Shown here: in pieces, positions 28,070-40,945 of the stretch | How positions within the stretch are numbered: position 1 is the stretch's first letter | How the letters are laid out: every line of letters begins with the position of its first letter | NCBI GenBank assembly: GCA_965153355.1 | Contig: OZ231126.1 | Coordinates: forward strand, 24,428,001-24,492,000 | DNA: 64,000 nt | Source: Flaccisagitta enflata | Lineage: Eukaryota | Direction of reading: 5' to 3' | Position numbers and translations under genes: made by a program | The notes under the pieces: model-generated | What the model was told of the DNA's origin: nothing | Seen by the model: the letters and a program-made list of their open reading frames with translations, nothing else | Databases searched by the model: none

Positions 28070-30782
28070 CTTTTTCGAATCCATTTGACATGAGAGCTAC
28101 GAGTAAGTTAAGCATAACGATGATGGCGAAGACGTGATAAAGCCCGAAAAAAAAACCACCAATCCAAGAAGGGGTCAACGGCTTGTTTGGAGCAAAGTTG
28201 AAATCATTTGCTATACCTTCAGCTGTGTAATTGAGTGGTTCCATCGCCATGATCTTATGGAAAGTCGTACTGTTTAGGCCTGGCTGACAAAGCAATTCTC
28301 TGAACTTCAGCATGTTTTCTGGGTCTAAATACTCGTCTCTGGCCTCAGCGGCTGTTTTGGGTTTTCTCAGGTTTGGTAGAAATAGATCCAAGTTTTCTAT
28401 TTTGGCATTACTAAACAGAGCCCAAAACAGTTCCGATAAAGTGCTTCTGAAATCTGGATAAGTGGATTTAACCGATTGACAGATTGGTAGATTTGTCAAG
28501 GGGCTGAGAGTGATTTGCCACATACCCTTGTAGTTTATGTACGACATGTGTAGTGCAATGGCGAAACAAAAAGTGTAAAGAAAGAAAATGATGGCAAAAT
28601 ATGTGATGTGACTTATGATTTTTATCATCATCAAATTCATCATGCCCAGCGCCTTATGGAACTGAAATATGTGTGCAAATTGACAAATATGCATCACAAT
28701 GGCTATCTTCCAGATGAGTTCCTCCAGAACAACCAGCTCAAGTAATGGGAGGGTTTCGTTTTCCCAATCAGCTTGCTCTTTACTTATCTGGTTTGCTGAA
28801 TTATCAGTCCCATCGATCGCGGACATGTTATGTTGTTCAGTATTCCAATAAACTCTACTCAGAATTTTGCAGGGATGAAGCGAATCATTGACGCCAAAAT
28901 AACATTCGTTTCTCAACAACTCTGGCTGTGAGTACTTGCTAGAAGGCCAAAGTTGATTGTTTCTGTCCACTCGGAACATGTCATCCTCTCGCTGAGTACA
29001 CATCAAACCTTTATATTTGTCTCCAAACCCTTGAGTCATTTTTTCAATGTTATGTTTTATAAAGTAGTTATGGAAAAAATATACGCCATATGAGGTCATG
29101 AAAAGCATAGTGTTAACTACGGAATAGATGTTCCAAAAATATCTCCAAAACTCGGCTTTCTTGACGATCATCATTTCAATCAAATGGAAAAATTTGGCTA
29201 TAGCGCAGAGACAGATGGCCCAACTGTTATATTCCAGTGAACACACGAAGTATACTGAATTTTCTATGTAATCAAAAGCTTCAGCCAAAAGCAAAATACA
29301 AAATGCTAGGTAAAAGAGGATGTAACAGGCATAACTGTTACATGGCGTTGCCATACTGCACAACCGATGTTTCAGTTGGAAATTTCCTTCTCTCTGCCAG
29401 TGATTCTGTGATGTTTTGGATGCCTTGAACCTGACATGATCTGACCTGCCCTGACCTTCTTTCTCTGAAACTGTTTTTCGCAGTTTAGCATCATCACTGG
29501 ATTTGGGCTTTTGGAAAAAGTAAAGAATCGGGGATATCAATAGAGTTGCAATTGCTTGCATCAAGACGATAAAAAGCTGCAACAATTGACAGAACATTGC
29601 AACGATTGGAGTGCCATAAGTATTTTTCCTTTTTGCAACTGGCTCAACCGGATTCCACATCTTTTCTATGGATCTATAGCATTTATCGTGAGTGAAAAAC
29701 TCAACAATATCTTTTGATATGGCCGTCTCAATGAGAGGACTTAGTTGCACAGTATCCTCGTCATGGTGCAAACCTAAGGCAACATCCATCTCTTGAGCGG
29801 CGCAGTAAGGGTCATCTCCATCCCCATCATAGATACCGTCGTCACGGCAGACATTCAATAAATCTGTCGCATATCGGACACATTTCTCCTTCAAGGATTC
29901 ATAGATTTCCTGGAAATCGATTTCATCCCGGGCTTTCTGCTCGAAGCGACCCGCCAATTCCAAGCAACGCATCATCGTTCGTGACTCTGTCAAGTTAATG
30001 TAAGATGGCGAACAAAGAGCTCTTTGAGAGGCGAAGCTCAAAAACCATTCTGTGTGGAAGTATGGATGGAATGGATAGTACAAATTCTCACCAGCGTCTG
30101 AATTTTTTCTCTTCCTTCTCTGCACACTGTCAACTAGCTCATCAGCCACATCTCGATCATCATCGACCCTTTCTTGATCCCAGACGACAAAGCCATATTC
30201 TAGCAACAACATGATCATCTCATAATCATCAAGTAGACAGGCTCTTAGCAGAGGATTAGCCACCTCTTCTCGGGTGAAGAATGCGCTCTCAAAAGGGCTT
30301 TGTACGTCCTCTTCAAGAACGTGAAAATGATGGTATGGAAAAGCTGGCCTTCGAACTGATACAGGAGTTGTTCTTAGGAAACTATTTCCTTGAACAATTA
30401 TCGTAGACTTTTGACCTTTTAATATTTGACCTTTTTCATGGCTATCTTGAATTGGAACATGGCAAATTGGTCCACAGTGAAATCTTTGACGAACCCTACA
30501 ATCAAACTCACTTTCAGGGTTTTCCACCCTCTCATGGTTTTGAAAATCTCCATATACTGGACTGATGGTATGCTTCAACATTTCCATATCGTTAAGCCGG
30601 GGAAATTTGTTTTTCAAACTCACTAACCCCCTAGCAGTGTTTGGGCTTTTACTCTTGATTGGAATAGACTTTCCCCGCAGTAAGCTATTGGTTGCTGCAT
30701 ATTCCAACAATATTCTTGCTATGTCATGATTTTTGCACTCAACGGCGTGGGTCAATGCATCGCCAAGACCAATTTTGTCACT
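28070..30782 (-). CDS. TRPC/TRP-gamma-like cation channel, main exon (ankyrin repeats, pre-S1, S1-S6, pore)
   Basis: Lies within the 942-aa ORF 28044..30872. Motifs: GDALTHAVE, NPLLRACLLDDYEMIMLLL, RALCSPSYI, E.DF...Y..L...C..YA.DLL, pore helix LSELFWALF, S6 IIVMLNLLVALMSNGF. Acceptor ttacAG|AGT, donor AAG|GTACTT (phase 1). Confidence 0.93.
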
Positions 30783-31852
30783 CTGTAAATTTTTGGAGAT
30801 TCGGGCAGATCGTTCACATACATTTTTTGTTTGTGTTTTTGCAAGTCTTAAGTTAACCATGAGCAAGGCCAAAAAATATCCAATAGATGCGCCCTCTTCT
30901 TAAATAGGATGTAAAAATCTATAATGTAAGATGTAAAAAGTTTTAAAAATGGACAGTAACCCTACAAAATCGCGTTCAGGTCTCACAAAATTAGGCGGAA
31001 AGGGATGAAAACTCGTTGAAAAGAGCGTAAAACAAGGAAATATAATCAATCCAAGAGATGTATATCACTAGTTTATGTTCATTTTATCAACATGATGCAA
31101 AACATGCCCAAAAAGTAAAAGGTTATCCCCTGATGAACGTAAATATGCCGATGAGTGAAAGATAACCAAATTTGGGATTGACACACTCTTCTGTGAAAGA
31201 GCCGTAAACGAGTTCCGGCTAAAAAAGATGTTTACTGTAAACTGATCGGAGAATGAGAGTCGACTGAGCAAACATTGAAATTATTTTTTTTATAACTTAT
31301 CAAGTTAGAAGAACTAAACGAAAGCCAGACTGTGGCTCCATCGCATTTGAACTGTACTTCATGGAACCGAAAAGATCATGAAAGGTAGGTTGATATCTTC
31401 TCGTGAAAGTTGCTATCCCTTTTCATCAGTTAGTGTTTAGTGAAAATGTCAAGTCTTATTCATCGATTTATAGTCTCAGCTTAGTATGAAAAAACAACAA
31501 ATGTTAATTATTTTATTCGGGCTACTCAAAGAATAAAGAATTGATATGCTTAGTGAGCGAGGAGACACGAGTTGCGAACAAGAAGATGAGGAGAGTCTTG
31601 TACAACAGCCGGCCTTCTCACGAGCGAATCAAGTTCCAACCATCTGCATCAACGAATTTAATGGCTTTGAGTTCTCAAGCTACAAGTTAACCGCTGCAAG
31701 TGCAACAGGTACAAGTGTTGTCAAAGAGATGGAACAAAGGTTAACAAAAGTGAAAAAATTATCTTATTGGAGTTTTTTGGTCTAATCCACTATGTCAGTT
31801 GGCCTATCGATGCATCTGTCGGTCCATCGGTCAGTAACACTTTCATGAGCGG

Positions 31853-32060
31853 TTTTTAGTTGCGGACACGCAACTCTATAAGAGGCTTTGTCCGTCCGTC
31901 CGTCCGTCCGTCCGTCCGTCCGTCCGTCCGTCCGTCCGTCCGTCCGTCCGTCCGTCCGTCCGTCCGTCCGTCCGTAACCATCGAGTCAAAAAGTGGGAAA
32001 ACGCGCATTTCCGCCCCTGCCCACCCGTCCGCAACTGGTGGCCGTGTATCCGGCCTTGTT
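31853..32060 (+). mobile_element. HINE family A in TRP intron 2
   Basis: tttttagttgcggacacgcaactcta, (CCGT)n, ccgcaactgg, ggccgtgtatccggccttgtt. Confidence 0.8.
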
Positions 32061-32758
32061 GCATCACTGCCCCTCTCCACCCATTCGCGACTTGGGCATA
32101 CTGTAATGAGTGCAATATGTCATACAACTTGGAAATGCAAGAGTGAGGACAAAAATGCAAATTTTCGATCGCGACATCGACCTTCCGCCATGTTTAATAG
32201 CGGACAAGAAACTCTATAAGAGGCTTTATTTGTCCGCTGAACTTATGGTCCATCGGTCTGTCAGTTGGTCCCTTTGTTCCGCTTAAGTCAGGAAATGAGA
32301 AAGTTAAAAAACGCAATTTTGCAAGAGTGTGTGTGTTTGAGTGTACATGCGTGCGCAAGTTTGAGTTTGCCTGCCTGCGTGCGTTTGTGTGCGTGTGAAT
32401 AATGACGTAGATTATGATTGATGACATTGATCATAGATGTATGATGACGTACATGATGATGATGATGATGATTAAATGCTGGCCCTGACATGCAGTTAGG
32501 CCAACAATAGTCCTGAATTATTAGGAAGGGGCAAAATTAGAGAAAGGCTAAAAGCTATCACGTTTGATTAAGCAAGAACTTTGGTTGTGCACACGACAAA
32601 ATGAAAATTCATTACAGTATCATATAGAAAAGAGTTATCATCCTTTCACTGCAGAATCTCACTGAAAACCGAAGGATAGCTATGATTGTCGATGAACAAC
32701 CACCACTATCACTCCAGCAGTCTGCGTCGGAAAGGAAATCTATGTCGACTAATGCGGA

Positions 32759-32807
<49 letters not shown>

Positions 32808-34532
32808 GCACACATGCACACACACATGCGCGCACGCACACGCACGCGCACACACGCACAGAGGCCAGAGTCAACTGATTTACATGGTTATCCACGCATC
32901 ATTCCTTCTCTGACCAGGAAAAGCCGGAGCCAACAGAAGAAAACGACATTAGATCTGGAAGCAACAACAGAAGCAGATTCCGAAGACCTTTGTCATATTC
33001 AATATGTGACAGCGTTGCCGAATAAGAAGGAAATGTGAACACTATATCGTTTCTGTGATCTTAAATTTTGCATTACTACTTGGAATGATTTAATGGATAA
33101 GTTTCTGTCGAAATTTAAATTTATTAACATGTTATTTCTTTAATTTACAAGAACGACATTTTTCTCATATTTTGTTCATTTGAAACCGTAATAACGAAAT
33201 GGGATCGCAAAGCCATGCTTGAGGGCGCGTTCCTTTTGGCAATCTCAGGAATTCCAGCAGTGATGCTTGATTTGTTCAAATATATTGGATCAGAAAAATT
33301 CTTCAGGGAATGAATAGATTAATGAATGAAATTTAATGTGCACAGGGAAATCAGCTTTCTTGTGTAATACCGTGATTGAGAGGGCTAGGCGCAGTAATTC
33401 AAAGAGGTTACTTCTGTAAACAGGGCCGGCTGCTTGACTATCCAGTCTCTCCAAAAGATCAAGATTGCATGCTTGTATTCATAACCTGGTGTGATGATTT
33501 ATCTGTGGATATTCACGGAATCATGATTCTGTAAGAGATTTTGTCAATCCATGTGCGACTGTAAGGCATGCGCCAAAAGTGTAGAAATGCGCGTTTCCGG
33601 ACTAGATCGGGCCTTGTCTGTTTGTCATAGACAGAATTGTAACCTGATGTTACTTATTTCAACAGAATAGACATTTAGAAACGTTGCAGGCTTGAAAAAT
33701 CGATCATGAACGTTCTTTATTGGATTTAATATCCTAATTTGCATGAAGTAGCGCGCGATTAAGTTCCTTTCAGAATTTTTGATCACCGTAGTTTTCTTTC
33801 AGAATTGATTTGTGGGCATTCAAAATTGGTCTTGTATAGGTAAATGGACTTGCCGGGTTGATATATTTCCACCAGTGAAAGATATAAGGATCACTTGTCT
33901 CAAAAACAAAGTCCTTAGATTCAAACGCCTTGACTACTCAAAGACATGAACGTTTCTTTTGAGCCAGGGCAGGGGAAACGGTAAATTATTAAAGGGGTAT
34001 TTTTATTAGAAAAAAGAAAACAATTAATAATTCAGCGAGATGCTTATTGTTTATGCTCAACTTCACCTACAATTCCACAACTGTGGTCAACATACACGGC
34101 CTTCTTTCTGCATGACTGACTCTCCTGCATCCACCAACTGCATTACGGGATAAATGACGGTTTTTTTTTGCATTCTATCTTCTTAAAATGACAAATGGTA
34201 AACTTTGCTACATCTTTTCGTATAAATCAGCAATAATCTGACACCTCACTTTTGGTAAAACACCCTCCATCTCATCCTACATGCTGGAAAGTCGCCAACA
34301 TCGCCTTGCTATGTCAAAATACTGATTCAAAGCTATCTCCATGTCAAATTTCATCATGCTGAGGGCATTTTTACTATGTATATTGATCATTATACTTTTC
34401 CGCCTAATTATGTGAGGCCTGTTAGACCCGGAACTTACGAACCTACCTTCTTACAGAAACGATAGGACGCATCTAAAGAAGAAGAAAGAAAAAAAACTAA
34501 AACAAAGTTCCTGCATCCTTTATTTGACTTAC

Positions 34533-34823
34533 CAGTAATCGATGGACAACCTGACAATAATTTCCTTTTATTGCCATGACAAGAATTGTCCTCCCTTTGA
34601 AATCTCGCTTCTCAGCAAAAGGTGTAGCAGACGCGGAGTTGGAAGCGGATGCGGATGCGGAAGAAGATGCGGAAGCGGATGCGGAAGCGGATGCTGAGGA
34701 GGATATTGTCACCAAAGCATGTGTAGTTGCGGAGGCGAGGGTCGACGCAGAGATGGAAGTTGAAGGGGCAGCATCGACTGTATACGAAAAACTGTCATTG
34801 ATAGCCGCCTGATAAGAGTCGTT
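34533..34823 (-). CDS. TRPC-like channel, exon 2 (ankyrin repeat)
   Basis: Acceptor tctttgcAG|AAC, donor CTG|GTAAGT, 291 nt, phase 0/0. Encodes DFKGRTILVMAIKGNYCQVVHRLL (ankyrin-like), which joins SDKIGLGDALTHAVE in the next exon as in TRPC N-termini. Confidence 0.8.
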
Positions 34824-35478
34824 CTGCAAAGATAGACAAGAGTAAATATGGTGAAATAAAATGACATTGATACTCCTTACCAAAACGTCTCATCGTCTTT
34901 GGTATAGATAGAACTAAGCTAAACATGCCCAAGTAGGCAATGATGCTTTTTCAATCAGCAAATGATTGAAGGAAGGAAGGAAGGAAGGAAGGAAGGAAGG
35001 AAGGAAGGAAGGAAGGAAAGAAGGAAGGAGGGAAGGAAGGAATGAATGAATTATTTGATTTATCTATGCGAAAAAGGGGGGACGTTATAACAGGAATGAA
35101 GAATGGAGAATGGACCAACCGAGCAACCGATCGACCGACGGACATGACTGGTTATAGAGATAAGTAAAGGTATGAAGCATTAAAACAAGTATCACATGAG
35201 TGACATAATTGAGTTTTAGTTGAGAGATGATTTTAAGAGTTTGAGGGTGCTATTCAGTCATTTTTCATCATTTTGTATCTTCATTACTTTGTTTACTTGA
35301 AAAAATGATCATGACAAAATGAAGAAAATGACAAAATGACAAAATCGACAAAAAAAAATGACAAAATGACAAAATGACAAAATGATCATGTTTACCTTGT
35401 TTACTTCGTTTATTTTGATGAAGATACAACATGACCATGTTTACTTAAGATCAGCAATTGTAGAACCTATAAACGTAC

Positions 35479-35985
35479 ATGACTAAATCTTGCTTTTTCA
35501 GACGCTTCAGCTGTTGACATAGAGGCGGTCGTGGTGCCAGTCAACACCGTTTCTTGGTTGGATGTCACAGCCAACGTCCGTGATGACGACCCAATCGACG
35601 ACACACTTGATGCTGCAGTCGATGACCCAGTTGACTGCCCAGTTGACGCTGCACTCGGCGACGTTTTTGATGCCGCAGTTGAAGCCCCAGCTGACGCCTC
35701 AGTTGACGCCGCAATTGACAATGCACGTGGTAACGAAGCTGACACCCCAGTCGAAGTCCCAGTTGACGACTCAGTTGACTTCCTTATCGACGACTCACTT
35801 GATGTAGCAGCCGACATCCCAATTAATGCCGCAGTCGACGCCACATTCGACGCTCTCATGGCGTCCAGATGGCGTAAAATGACGTTTTCATCGGCGCCAT
35901 TAACGAGCAGTCCATGAATGAGCCGTTCTGTTGGACTGCAGAGACCCGATGATTCCAAACATTTGTCGTTATAATACGCTTCCAT
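35479..35985 (-). CDS. TRPC-like channel, putative first coding exon (169 codons; Ser/Thr/Ala-rich)
   Basis: ATG at 35985 opens MEAYYNDKCL...ARFSH, followed by donor CAT|GTACGT in phase 0, matching the phase-0 acceptor of the next exon. The start codon is inferred. Confidence 0.65.
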
Positions 35986-36057
35986 TTCTATCGGGTTTAC
36001 TAACGCTTTTCTCTTTCACTTTTCGTTTTTAACTGTCGTGTTGTTTCTTGTTTTTGT

Positions 36058-36250
36058 TTTTTTAGTCGCTGGCACGCGACTCTATGACCCGCTATGTCCG
36101 TTGGTCGCTCAGTCGGTCACACTTTGCTATTTCGGCGTTTTTCGGCGTTTTTTGCATTACCGCTCCTGCCCAAATGCTTGGTGAGCTTTCTTTATCACTG
36201 CTCCTGCCCACCCGCACGTGAGTTCGGTAGCCGCGTATCCGGCCTTGTTT
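36058..36250 (+). mobile_element. HINE family A
   Basis: ttttagtcgctggcacgcgactcta ... gccgcgtatccggccttgtt; lies ~70 bp upstream of the putative TRP start codon. Confidence 0.78.
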
Positions 36251-36667
36251 GTTTTTATATTAGTTTTTTGTTTTTGTTTTTGTTTTTGTTTTTGTTTTTG
36301 TTTTTGTTTTTGTTTTTGTTTTTGTTTTTGTTTTTGTTTTTGTTTTTGTTTTTGTTTTTGTTTTTGTTTTTTGTTCGTTTGTTCGTTTTTTTTTTTTTTT
36401 TTGTTTTGTTTCATATGTTTTGCAAAGTTTATTTCGCCAGGTGGAATTTGAGAAAAAAACTGAATTGAGAATTTTCCTTCTTTGAAAAATACTATTGGAG
36501 GAATTTTAAAGAAAAAAGAGTTAGTTCAGACAGCCATGAAATGAGACGTAAAGAGCAAATGGTATCGTCGATATTTCCTCCTTTGAGGTCATTTGATTAT
36601 TCGACCGTAAAGGTTACTTAAATCATATCAACACAAGAAGGAAACTGTAATGTTACCTTATATTCAA

Positions 36668-36870
36668 AAAACAAGGCCAACAACGCGTGCGAGACTTACA
36701 TAATGAATTAGATTGACTTAGAATGACTTAAGATGACTCAGTATACTCTTAAATAACTTAAAATGACTTAAGGAAATAAAATTGAAAAAAAGATAAAAGC
36801 GTAATATACCGATGGACGGACGGACGGATGGACGAAGTGGGGTGTAGAGTCGCGTGCACGCGACAAAAAA
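36668..36870 (-). mobile_element. HINE family A variant
   Basis: aacaaggcc ... (GGAC)n ... tagagtcgcgtgcacgcgacaaaaaa. Confidence 0.6.
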
Positions 36871-37464
36871 GACTAATTGGTTCCAGTAGATCTTTAATGC
36901 TTTTGTAAGATCCCATTTGGTGTAGATCCCAACTTATTTCCGCCTACTATAAATAATCACGCGATTTTTCTTTTTTCGTAGAACGAATTGACAACTATTG
37001 TTCATTTAAATCTTGCATTCTGTTCAATGCATTATAAGCGTCAACACACATGACACATCCTTGTTGAAGACATTGTTCGTCCCTAACAAATTTTATTGCC
37101 ATTAGTCTTTTGTTCAGAGGGATTGAACAGGTGAATTTTTATCTGTCCGTCTTGAATACTGAGTCTGTAATTCGGTGTGCTTTATGACTCCCCTAGCCTT
37201 TCACGCTCATTTCCTGGAGTAAGTTTTTGTACCGAAGTTTGCAAGCGTGAACTCGACCCGGCGTCTACTTCTATTTCCGCACTTATATCAGACTTTTACT
37301 ATTTGACTTTAATGAATAGATAATTAGAAAACAGGATTCGATGTGTCTTTATTTCCTCCATTGACGAATGATATCGTTTTTACGTTTACTGATAGCCATA
37401 ACAGACTTTAAACAAAGAATGTATCTAAACAATTCAACAAACATTAACATGTCCACGCATTTTT

Positions 37465-37601
<137 letters not shown>

Positions 37602-38599
37602 CGCCACAACCTCTTTAACTCGCAGGGAGTCATCGCACTCACGCTTCATCGTCGAGTGAAAAATTAATTAGGAAAAAAAAGCAAAAACAAACAGAGCAAA
37701 AAACAAATGGTTTCGAAATGTTTACACTTCCTGTATTTGTTTACTCACCGCAGCTTCTACTCTCAGGCCTACAACAACCACCGCAATTGCCTCAGTTGCA
37801 GCAGCAGTAGTAGCAGCACCAGCAGCAACAGCAGCAACAGCAGCAACAGCAGCAACAGCAGCATGCAGCAGCATGCAGCAGCACCCTTTGCCACCGAGTT
37901 CACATCAAATCATCGGAAGTTGAGAAAGGGACAAACACAGACGCCGGTGTCTCTTCCCGGCGCCGCCTGTTCACGCATTCTGTGAAGCGACGCTGCTGGT
38001 TGACGCAGCCCACGGTGCGGTGTCTACTGTCCTGCCGGCTCACGACTTCGATGAGGTGGCGCATCTGGGATAGCCAAACTGTAGGCAGCGGCGCCTGAGT
38101 TAGAGCATAACATTTGTAGCAATATTCTTCTAACAAAAAGACTGTTGAGCCGCATTTCTCCTCCTCAATGAATTGCATCGGCAGTACCTCTTTTTTACTG
38201 CTAGCAGCGTCCCTGCACCCAGTCAAAGCCATTTACAGTTAGAAGCAAAGTATTAGCGCCTGTCGGTATGCTACGCAACTTTTGAGTCTCGTTGTGTGCT
38301 GCCCCGGCAATTGTTTTACACAGTGCGACTTGTGGCGCCGCCTCTTGACGCCTTGGATGAGTCAATGACGCCGGTTAACGTCTCTTGGCGTGGCGCCTTT
38401 TTCTTCGCCAAGAAGCGGTCGCGAGGCCTACTTCCACGCCAAGAAGCGGTGTTGGCGCCCGCCTCTGCGCCACAAAGCGGTTGTGGCGCCGCCTTCGACG
38501 CCTTCGACGCCGCGTTTGGAGCCGAAAGGCGTCTAATTGGAATGAATGCGTCTAATTAGTTTTTCCTCTTTCTTCCAACCAAAAGCCAAATTGGAATTT

Positions 38600-38637
<38 letters not shown>

Positions 38638-39797
38638 GCGTAAGATGTTCTATCCAAAATCACCATTCAAACATGTAATGGATAAGTCAACACCCATCAG
38701 CAAAAACTCGTTTCACTGCAAGAGCTTAGGATTGGGGTGCTACCATATACTTCCACATTTTTTTAGGTCAAGCTTTTTTTTAAATTTTGAAGCAGAAGAA
38801 AAGACAGAAAATAATTGTTGACGGTTTCCTCGGTAAGCTCTTTCTGCGCTCTTTTTCTTCATTTTTTTCGGCAGACTTTTTTATGCATAGTTTTCTTAAA
38901 AACTCATGGAAGAGCTATGTTTACCAAAAAAATTGAGGCTCAGAATGCCATGGAAACCACCGGCCAAAACTATCTCCAATGTTAGCAGTATCCAATTAAC
39001 CAGTTCGTATATCCTATCTTTGTGTTAACATCGCGAAGTTGTTTAACTTATTTCAGTATGATCCGGAAAAAAAGTCGAAGTCAGTCTTTGACTTTTTGAC
39101 ATATTTGAAAGAAACAGGGTTTTCATTTTCTTACGGGGAAGTTGTGCATCTCATCTGGCTGATTGGGGCCTCAAATGAAATTGATAGGGTAAGTAAATTT
39201 GATAATTCTCTTTCATTTGGCGCCAAGCAGAATGCTTTACAACAAATATTTTTCGTGCTATGATATTTTAAAGATTTATTTACAAAAAAATTAAATGGAA
39301 TTTTTTTTTCTATTTTGTGTAGGATCAATGAAGGAGTGTATCTATGTTTACTTGAGCATGCAAATACAAAAAAAATGTTTATGAGCACAGCTGCTCATCT
39401 GTAAGGGTGTTTTTAAACGTTTTAGCTCATTTAGCTCATTTAGCTCACTTAGCTCAGTCTATTCTTTCTGATTTCAAATACGATAAATGAATAGATATTT
39501 TCATACTTGTTTCAGCAAGCAAATAAAAAAAACATGTTAGTGAGCAGAGCGGCTCATCTGTGAGGGTGTTTTAATTTATTCCAACTCATTTAGCTCATTT
39601 AGCTGATTTGAAATAGGTTATATAGATTAATGTTTTGATTTAAGCATGCAAGTGCAAGAAAGCATGTTAGTGAGCAAAGCTGGTTGTCTGGTTAAATAGA
39701 TGCTTTTGAAGATTTTAGCTCATCTGACTCATTTGGCTCAGTTCTATTTTTCTCGGATTTTCAGTGCAATCAAGACATACAATTGCTTTGGTTGAAC

Positions 39798-40121
39798 CAG
39801 GCCTGTATATTCTTGAGTTTTCCCCCCCCCCGTGGGGGGGGGAAAAAAATCAAAGGGTCTGGAGATGGGGAAGGAAATCTAAGGGGGGAAAAAGAGAAAA
39901 AAAGGAAATTTGGGGAAAATATAACTTTTTACAGTACCAAATCATAAAACACAATTAGTAGAACACAATTTAACACTATTTAAACCTTAACTACATAGTT
40001 TTATTGCTATATGGGGAAGAAAATCATGGATAAAAAAACACGATGCGGCGCGTCGCGGGGAAGAAAATCAAAGGCAGGGGGGGGAAAAAAATCAAAAGCG
40101 ACTCAAGAATATACACCCCTG
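39798..40121. mobile_element. hAT-type MITE
   Basis: TIR CAGGCCTGTATATTCTTGAGT / ACTCAAGAATATACACCCCTG; exact 8-bp TSD GGTTGAAC (39790-39797, 40122-40129). Confidence 0.88.
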
Positions 40122-40493
40122 GGTTGAACAAATAAACGAATTTCAGTGACTGAAGACAAAAGCATGGTGAAAAATGACCAATGCTTACGAGTTTTTCCTC
40201 ACGGCGACAGCCGCCATTACTGGTATTCTATCTTGTACACATATAGCACTGGTCAATCTTTTTGCCTTTCACTTGACATTTTGTTTTCAGTGTCTTTTAT
40301 CGTCACTGCGCCAAGATTTCCGCAGTATATTGCGGCTTATTAATATGATAATATCGCCTTTTTTTCCTTCTTCCTTCGTTTCTTTGTTTCGTGTCATGAT
40401 TCATTTTTCACTATCTCTGCCTGTCACTGTGTATCTCTCCGTCTCTCCGTCTCTCTGTCTCTCTGTCTGTCTCTCTGTCTCTCTGTGTGTGCG

Positions 40494-40546
<53 letters not shown>

Positions 40547-40945
40547 CTGATCAATAGGATAAAATTTCTGGATCGATATTGGCCAATCCTTATCATTCGC
40601 GTGGTCAAAGTCGGGATTACCGTCCTTTTATTCGAAAACTATAACGATCAACAGCCTTAACTCGAAGGTTCTCTTTGATGTTTCTTTTCAGCTTTGATTG
40701 AAAAAACCCTGTTCTTCTCCGAGCTCGTTTCAATCGGCGCATTACTGTCTCTAGTGTCGTTAGAATTCCTACTTTTTTTACCAACCCTGCAGTTTTCGAC
40801 GTTTCTCTTCGTCTGAAGCCTCACAAAAATCAACGCAGATCTAATGTCCAAATTCCCAGGAAACGGGAAAATTCAACCTCCTTGATCCAAAATGGATGCC
40901 AAAACATTTCAGTGAACTTCAAATAATTCCACTTGGAACAAGGGA

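Noticed and set aside
30783-30872. N-terminal 30 codons of the 942-aa ORF as the TRP start
   Set aside because: Non-ATG start. A phase-0 acceptor at 30782 joins the upstream ankyrin exon, so this part is intronic. The terminal GTCTCKFC is likewise read-through into an intron.
35531-35917. Plus-strand Asp/Val/Ala-rich ORFs (also 34576..34812)
   Set aside because: Antisense shadows of the Ser/Thr/Ala-rich TRP exons.
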